Assembly (NCBI GenBank): GCA_016215215.1
Contig: JACRKW010000030.1
Location: 1 to 55,271 of the forward strand
Direction: 5' to 3'
DNA: 55,271 nt
Origin: Acidobacteriota bacterium
GTDB taxonomy: Bacteria; Acidobacteriota; Terriglobia; Bryobacterales; Bryobacteraceae
Positions 49,486 through 55,271 of this stretch are shown one piece after another. Made by a program: the position numbers and the translations under genes. Within the stretch, counting starts at the first letter, position 1. Each line of letters opens with the position of its first letter. The notes below the pieces were generated by a model. The model ran no database searches. It saw only the letters and a program-made list of their open reading frames with translations, and was not told the DNA's origin.

Positions 49486-50852
49486 TCGGCAAACGAATAC
49501 TGGTGGTTGACGATGAGGAAAACCTGCGCCGCGTTACCCAACTGAAGTTGCAGCAAGCTGGCTACGAAGCCATGACGGCCAGCGACGGCGCCCAGGCTCT
49601 CGAGGTCCTCGCCAAGCATCCGCAGGATCTCGTCCTGACGGATCTCAAGATGCCTGGGATGTCGGGAATCGAGTTGCTCCAAAAGATCAAGGAAGAGTAC
49701 CTGGAGGTGGTCGTAATCGTTGTCACCGCCTATGGCACCATCGAATCCGCCGTGGAGGCGATGCGCCTGGGTGCATATGACTACATCATTAAGCCCGTCA
49801 ACGCCGATGCGCTGAAACTGATCGTCTCGAGGGCGCTGGAACACCACCGTTTGCAGGAGGAGGTCAAAAACCTCCGAAGCGCGATCGACAGAAAGTTCGG
49901 GTTCGAGAGCATCATCGGCAAGTCGAAAAGCCTGCTGTCGACTCTCGACAATGCTTCGCGCGCCGCGCAAGCCGATTCCACGGTGCTCGTGCGCGGAGAG
50001 ACTGGCACCGGCAAGGAGCTTCTGGCGAAAGCCATCCACTTCAACAGTCCGCGGCGCGATCGGCCTTTCATCGTGATCAACTGCGGCGCGATACCGAAGG
50101 AACTTCTCGAATCGGAGCTCTTCGGGCATACGAAGGGCTCCTTCACCGGCGCGCTCGCGAACAAGCAAGGGAAGATCGAGATGGCGGATCAAGGATCGCT
50201 CTTCCTCGATGAAATCGGCGAGATGCCTTTAGATTTGCAGGTCAAGCTGCTGCGGCTGATCCAGGAGCGTGAAGTCGAGCGGATTGGGGCTGCCGCTCCG
50301 ACCAAGGTGAACGTCCGAATCATTGCCGCAACTCATCGAAACCTCCAGGCGATGGTGGAAGATGGCGCTTTTCGAGAGGACCTTTACTATCGCCTCAACG
50401 TGATTCCCCTGACGTTGCCGCCTCTGCGGGAACGGCCCGACGATATCCCAGAACTGGTCGCCATCTTCTTTGAGAAGTTCAAGCAGCGACTCAGCCGGCC
50501 CGGCCTGAAACTACCGCCAGCGCTGCTCCCTTACTTCTCGTCCCACCGCTGGCCGGGCAACGTGCGTGAGTTGGAAAACGTTATTGAGCGCCTCGTTGTG
50601 CTGTGTCCGGGCGATGAAGTCACTGTCACCGACCTGCCCGACTTTCTGGTCCGCGAGCGGCCGGCGATGGAGGCGATCCAGTTGGAACTGCCGCCGCAGG
50701 GCATCAGCATTGAGGCAGTGGAACGCGAACTCGTGCTGCGCGCCCTGCAGCGCTTCAACTGGAACCAGACCAAAGCCGCGGAGTTCCTCGACATCAGCCG
50801 CAAGATGCTGATCTACCGCATGGAGAAGTTCAATCTCCGAAAAGACGATTGA
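49482..50852 (+). CDS. Sigma-54-dependent response regulator (NtrC family)
   Basis: Receiver, GETGTGKE, ESELFGH.KGSFTGA, FLDEIG, WPGNVREL, Fis HTH. Confidence 0.96.
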   Translation: MIGKRILVVDDEENLRRVTQLKLQQAGYEAMTASDGAQALEVLAKHPQDLVLTDLKMPGMSGIELLQKIKEEYLEVVVIVVTAYGTIESAVEAMRLGAYDYIIKPVNADALKLIVSRALEHHRLQEEVKNLRSAIDRKFGFESIIGKSKSLLSTLDNASRAAQADSTVLVRGETGTGKELLAKAIHFNSPRRDRPFIVINCGAIPKELLESELFGHTKGSFTGALANKQGKIEMADQGSLFLDEIGEMPLDLQVKLLRLIQEREVERIGAAAPTKVNVRIIAATHRNLQAMVEDGAFREDLYYRLNVIPLTLPPLRERPDDIPELVAIFFEKFKQRLSRPGLKLPPALLPYFSSHRWPGNVRELENVIERLVVLCPGDEVTVTDLPDFLVRERPAMEAIQLELPPQGISIEAVERELVLRALQRFNWNQTKAAEFLDISRKMLIYRMEKFNLRKDD

Positions 50853-50926
50853 GAAAGGGGCCGCCCCACAGCGCGCTCTTCGCCGCTTCGATGGCAGCCC
50901 GATTGCTCCCCAACTTTGACAGGCCT

Positions 50927-51676
50927 ATGAAGCTTAGGACAAAACTTCTGCTGGCGAGCTCCGCCATAGTGCTCGTGGTGTTGGCAGTTTCTGAATGGCT
51001 CGGCTATCGCCTGACGAGCCTGTTCTTGACGGCACACGAGGCGAAGATGGCGTCAGAGTTGGATCACGGGAGTCACGGAGCCGCGCTCGCGGAGCTGGAG
51101 CAGGGCAGCCACGCCCTTTTTGTTCGTCTCGCCGCGCTGCATTTCTTTCATGCGGCGTTCACGGTGATCGCATTGGTCCTCGCGTTGAATGCGCTCTGGA
51201 CCCGCACAGTCTTGCGCCCGTTGGCGGACCTGCTTCAGCACATCAACTACATGCGCAGAGGCACGTGGAAGACACCCGTTCCGGTTCACAGCCGCGACGA
51301 AATAGGCGAGCTGACGGAGGCATTCAATGAGCTTGGGGGACAGCTCACCTTGACCGTACATCAATTTGCGGCTGCCTCCAAACTCTCCGCGATGGCGTTG
51401 CTGGGACAGTCGCTGGTCACAAAGGTCCGTTCGGCCACCGAACTCCTGCGGGCGGCCGAGGCAGCGCCGGGCGACCGGAATCTCGACGTCTCCCCGGCTA
51501 CGGATCCCAAACATGCGAGCGTCGCGTTGGCTATCAAGATCCTGAATGAAATCCCCGCGTTGTTCGAACAGGAGTTCAAGCGCCAACTCAATGTGCATTC
51601 GATTCGTCCGGCTCCGGACGTGCCGAGTGCGCCCGATGTCCGGGCCGGTGTCTCCCACCATCCTCACCCGCGCTGA
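50927..51676 (+). CDS. 2-TM HAMP protein with His-less DHp-like helix and no ATPase domain
   Basis: LRPL...RDEIGELTEAFN; KLSAMALLGQSLVTKVRS. Confidence 0.75.
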   Translation: MKLRTKLLLASSAIVLVVLAVSEWLGYRLTSLFLTAHEAKMASELDHGSHGAALAELEQGSHALFVRLAALHFFHAAFTVIALVLALNALWTRTVLRPLADLLQHINYMRRGTWKTPVPVHSRDEIGELTEAFNELGGQLTLTVHQFAAASKLSAMALLGQSLVTKVRSATELLRAAEAAPGDRNLDVSPATDPKHASVALAIKILNEIPALFEQEFKRQLNVHSIRPAPDVPSAPDVRAGVSHHPHPR

Positions 51677-51707
51677 TCAATTGAGACCGCATATTCACCC
51701 GCTTTGA

Positions 51708-52628
51708 TCAAGGCGTCCTGTAGCCAGTTCGAGCGTAGACCTGATATGAACGTGGAGCGCCTGGGAGTCTCACTCGGATCCTCCGCCACTTGCCCGGCTG
51801 TCCCGGCGGCGTTGGGCGGTATCCCAACAGATACCGGTCATGCAATGACAGTCCCATCTGCGCGGCCAAGCCGGGCAGTTCGCCGGCATCATTGACCATA
51901 TGGTGTTCTCCTCCGGTCATCTGCGCGAGGTCTTCAAGGACTTTCGGCCCTGCCGCGGTACCCATGCCGGGCGAGCGGTCATGGATTCCGAGCGCGTGAA
52001 TCTGGATCTCGGTCTCTTCAAGGATCCTCTTGAGTTCGCGTTCCGAAAGGCGGCTATGGTTGTCTTCGCCGTCGGAGATCACAAGCAATACTCTCCGATC
52101 ATTTTGCGCTTTGCGCATCGCTCGAACCGCCAGTGCGACGGCGTCAAGCAGCGCCGTGCTGCCTGCTGGCCGCGCGAAGAGAAGTTCATTGAGAACCGCG
52201 GCATCCTCGGATGCAAATTCGGTCCGCTGTTGAGCGTTGTCGTTGAACGTCACCAGGAAGACCTCATCCCCAGTCTCGAGGTACCGAAGGAATTCTCGTA
52301 CGGCCGTGCGTGCCTTCCCAATCTTGTTCGACATGCTCCCGCTCAGATCGAACACGATGCCGATCGACACTGGGGCAATCTCGCGCGAGAACGATAGGAT
52401 GTTCTGTGCGGCTTTGTCGTCTGTCAAGACAAAATCTTGCTTTTCAAGGCCGAGAACGGGCTTGCCCGAGCTTTCGGTCACGGTGACAGGAACAAGGACG
52501 AGATCGGCAGTCACGCTAATCGTCGCTTGGGAGTCCCGTTGCGGCGGGTTACGCCAATTCTTCGTGTCCTGCGCGACCAGGGGGATCGAGATCGCTGCAA
52601 GCAACCGAAGTAGAAAAGGAAGGCGCAC
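51708..52628 (-). CDS. Acidobacterial-type VWA domain protein
   Basis: LVLVPVTV, DLSGS MIDAS, TALLDA, ISDGEDN, TGG. Confidence 0.9.
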   Translation of the reverse strand: MRLPFLLRLLAAISIPLVAQDTKNWRNPPQRDSQATISVTADLVLVPVTVTESSGKPVLGLEKQDFVLTDDKAAQNILSFSREIAPVSIGIVFDLSGSMSNKIGKARTAVREFLRYLETGDEVFLVTFNDNAQQRTEFASEDAAVLNELLFARPAGSTALLDAVALAVRAMRKAQNDRRVLLVISDGEDNHSRLSERELKRILEETEIQIHALGIHDRSPGMGTAAGPKVLEDLAQMTGGEHHMVNDAGELPGLAAQMGLSLHDRYLLGYRPTPPGQPGKWRRIRVRLPGAPRSYQVYARTGYRTP

Positions 52629-53140
52629 GTCTATTTCAGCCAGCAGTGCTCGTGCCACATTTCCACTTTGCAGTGCAGGAGGGCCAGCGAAGACAGATGC
52701 GTACAGCATCGACAGCCGTGCCCTCAGACCCGCCGAAGCAGGACCACTCTGTCCTTGATGGAGATTATCCTGTCCAAAAGTGCACAATCGCTGTTCCGCC
52801 AGGGACAGCCTCACGGATCTGACTTCGGGCATCCGCGAATTCTAAAGGCACCAAACGGCCTGAATACCTTGTAACTCATTCATAACGCAGCATGTGAGGA
52901 GGTCTGCGCGTTGAGCCGTCACGGGCTACGTCAATGTGGGCGGCGACGTGCTACTGCCAATGTTGTCGAGGTGAGTTAAGGCAAAGGCGTCCGGTGCCAC
53001 TCCTCCGGTGCGATGCCTTGTGCCCGCTCTGGCTCTGTTTCCTCCGAGCAGCCAGAGCTTGCCGGGTGGCCGGTCACCTCCGAGCCGGCCACCTGGCTTT
53101 TTGGAGAACGGAGGGACGAATTTGTTGCAGGAGCACCAAG

Positions 53141-53506
53141 ATGAACTTCAGATTGATTCTTCTTCTCGTCGCCATGCTTACATCGGTCCTCGCATCGGCA
53201 GAGGCCTGCGAACCTCGTAGCAGGAAACAGGTTCGAGTTGAGGGAGCCATTACAGCGGTGCAGCAAGGCCAGATTGACGTCAGCATGGGCCGCCGCACGG
53301 AGACTCTGCTGATTACTGAGAACACGCGGATCTTCCAGGGGCGTGTGGATGTCGATGCCTCGACATTGCGAACGGGCGATCGTGTCGTCGCGCAGGTCGT
53401 GCGGCTGAAATCCGGCGAACTTGAAGCTCGCGAGATCCGATCAACGGACTCCGTAGAGCGAACCCCGTCGAGCCCAAGCCCCGCCAACGGCGGCCATAAA
53501 CACTGA
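53141..53506 (+). CDS. Exported DUF5666-like OB-fold protein
   Basis: Signal; VEGAI...LRTGDRV...LEAREI; GGHKH tail. Confidence 0.75.
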   Translation: MNFRLILLLVAMLTSVLASAEACEPRSRKQVRVEGAITAVQQGQIDVSMGRRTETLLITENTRIFQGRVDVDASTLRTGDRVVAQVVRLKSGELEAREIRSTDSVERTPSSPSPANGGHKH

Positions 53507-53522
53507 CGAAGAGAGACTCCCC

Positions 53523-54131
53523 ATGACCCGAAAGACATTCCTGTGTGCCACCCCGTTTGCGGCAGCGGCACTCTTTGGCGCCGACGCAGCCAGGGAGGCG
53601 CCGGAGCTCCTGCTGACCGACACCACCGGCAAGCCTCTCCGGCTTAGCCAGCATCGCGGAAAGGTGGTCGCCCTCGAGTTCATGTTGACTACCTGTCCGC
53701 ATTGCCAGAACACAGCTAAGCTGATGAGCCGGCTGGAACGGGAGTTCGGCCCGCGTGGCTTTCAAGCGATCTCGCTCCCGTTCAACGACGATGCCGTTGT
53801 CGCGGCCCCACGTTTCGTGAGCGAACATCGGGTGACCCACCTCGTCGCGGCAGTCCAGCGAGACCAGGTCTACGAATTCGCACAGTTGTCGGCGGTTGTG
53901 CGTCACTCCGTGCCGATCATGGTGTTTGTGGACAGGCGTGGCCGGATCCGCGCCCAGTTTGAAGGCGACGCAGCTTTCTTCCAGAACGAAGAGGCGAACT
54001 TCCGGACCAAGATTCTTGAGTTGCTAAAGGAACCGCCGGCAAGGCCAAAAGCGGGCCAGCCAGATGGGAAACAGGGAACTGCGAGAACCGTCAGCGCGGT
54101 TCGGCCAGCAACTTCATGGGAATCCCGATGA
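53523..54131 (+). CDS. TlpA-like thioredoxin-fold protein
   Basis: LSQHRGKVVALEF..TTCPHC, VP..VFVDRRG. Confidence 0.85.
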   Translation: MTRKTFLCATPFAAAALFGADAAREAPELLLTDTTGKPLRLSQHRGKVVALEFMLTTCPHCQNTAKLMSRLEREFGPRGFQAISLPFNDDAVVAAPRFVSEHRVTHLVAAVQRDQVYEFAQLSAVVRHSVPIMVFVDRRGRIRAQFEGDAAFFQNEEANFRTKILELLKEPPARPKAGQPDGKQGTARTVSAVRPATSWESR

Positions 54132-54847
54132 GGCGGAAGGTGATCACTGCCGTAGCGCTGACGGGCGCCGTTTTGTGGCCGCTGATCGCGGAGCAGCAAA
54201 GCTCCCCCGGAGACAAGCCGTCGAAACCCGCCACAAAGGACGATTGTTGCGTACTCGAACTCCCCAGCTTCCCTGCGGCTGGCGCTGCTTCAGACAACGC
54301 CAAAACGACCGTCATCGCGCGACACGTGGAGGGAAACTCGAAGAGCCCGGTTCGCGTGCTCATTTACGAAGACCTCCAATGCCCAGATTGCTCTATTTTT
54401 CGGAAAGCCCTGGATGAAAGGCTGTTGCCTCGATACAGGACGTCTGTCGCTTTTGAACACCGCGACTTCCCACTTCCCAAGCACGCTTGGGCGAGGGAGG
54501 CTGCAGTAGCCACCCGGTACTTTCAGACTCTGGGCCCGAATGTCGCAGCGGAATTTCGCCGAACAATTCAAGAAGACCTCGACAGGGTCAAGTCGGTGGG
54601 CTTTCGGCAGTCATTGATCGAGTTCTGTCGTGGCCGGCGGCTCTACGCGGACAAAGCTCTCGCAGCGCTGAGCAACAGCACGTTCGCTCAGGCAGTAGAA
54701 GCAGATTTTCAGGCCGGTGTTGCCGCCGGAATTCGCCGGACACCCACGGTGGTCGTTGGTGGCAAGTCGTTCGTGGAAACGATCGACGTAGAGGAGATTC
54801 AAACGACCCTCGATGCCTTATTGGAAGGTCCGGCCAGAAGCCATTGA
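54128..54847 (+). CDS. DsbA-family thiol-disulfide oxidoreductase
   Basis: YEDLQCPDC, DFPL.KH, GIRRTPT. Confidence 0.87.
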   Translation: MRRKVITAVALTGAVLWPLIAEQQSSPGDKPSKPATKDDCCVLELPSFPAAGAASDNAKTTVIARHVEGNSKSPVRVLIYEDLQCPDCSIFRKALDERLLPRYRTSVAFEHRDFPLPKHAWAREAAVATRYFQTLGPNVAAEFRRTIQEDLDRVKSVGFRQSLIEFCRGRRLYADKALAALSNSTFAQAVEADFQAGVAAGIRRTPTVVVGGKSFVETIDVEEIQTTLDALLEGPARSH

Positions 54848-54864
54848 GAAAAGGAGATTGAAGG

Positions 54865-55224
54865 ATGCAACGCAGACACATCGCGGTTCTGTCCCTCGTC
54901 GCGCTGCTGCTCCCAGGAGTAGCCCTTGCCGCGGGGAAGCCAAAAGAAGAGAAGACCAAAGGCGACGTCGTCACCGTGGCAGAGGACAGGCTGTCGCTCA
55001 AGACGAAGAAGGGGCCGGTAACGGTCTTGCTCACTCAGAAGTCGAGAATCGTCATGGGCGGAGCCGAGATGCCGTTGGCGGCCCTGAAGCAAGGCGCGCG
55101 GGTCACCGTCGTCGGCACGACTCAGCCCAGCGGTGAAATCGTCGCACGAGAAATCCAACTGCCTGCGCCGATAGCACCGATGCAGTCCACGATGCCCTCA
55201 GGGCACAGCGGGCACTCTCACTAG
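54865..55224 (+). CDS. Exported DUF5666-like OB-fold protein with SGHSGHSH tail
   Basis: Signal; TKGDV...LKQGARVTVVG...IVAREI; RBS AAGGAG. Confidence 0.78.
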   Translation: MQRRHIAVLSLVALLLPGVALAAGKPKEEKTKGDVVTVAEDRLSLKTKKGPVTVLLTQKSRIVMGGAEMPLAALKQGARVTVVGTTQPSGEIVAREIQLPAPIAPMQSTMPSGHSGHSH

Positions 55225-55271
55225 GCGGCCAAAAGGAAGGGCATGTCCAAACCGAAGCAAGTAATCACGCC

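Larger units (their letters stand above)
23985..55271. mobile_element. Composite genomic island at tRNA-Phe (satellite-like core, defence cargo, prophage debris, copper island); right end not seen
   Basis: Integrase abutting tRNA, loss of the strong G skew of the flank, accessory genes and gene fragments. Confidence 0.75.

Noticed and set aside
52937-52953. Weak GG-N10-GC upstream of the last operon
   Set aside because: Poor -24 match and about 190 bp from the start codon
23985-55271. Second att copy (tRNA-Phe 3' end)
   Set aside because: No convincing CCCTGGCCACCA duplicate seen by eye; probably outside the window

Overview
High-GC window whose gene content (VWA, TPR, Tat-exported sugar enzymes) suggests Acidobacteriota, probably Bryobacteraceae-like; this placement is inference. 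Bases 1-23.9 kb are core chromosome: polyprenyl synthetase, carD, an APH/phosphatase/acyl-CoA dehydrogenase operon, a broken Gfo/Idh/MocA gene, pseudouridine synthase, O-antigen ligase, sixA, CCA enzyme, APC permease and class I fumarase. This part also holds two paralogous 'CxxC...FCxxH zinc-finger protein + TPR protein' modules and a C-rich to G-rich strand switch near 3-4 kb. A composite island starts at tRNA-Phe(GAA) (23909-23984). It opens with a satellite-like core: a large serine recombinase that reads antisense into the tRNA, an iteron-like cluster, a P-loop protein and an AlpA-like HTH. A defence-type cargo block follows: an EVE-like/degenerate HNH protein, a coupled pair of a possible truncated HK97-capsid-fold protein and an Mrr-like nuclease (best candidate for an undescribed system), a secreted proteasome-beta-like protein, and a C-protein with tandem C-box-like operators opposite an HNH/Sel1 pair. 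After prophage debris comes an ~18 kb sigma-54-linked copper/silver island with cusCBA, a NosL-like protein, His-tailed OB-fold proteins, a lytic transglycosylase, a two-component system and a His-less pseudo-kinase. The right end of the island was not found in the window. All family calls come from reading motifs by eye; no searches were run.
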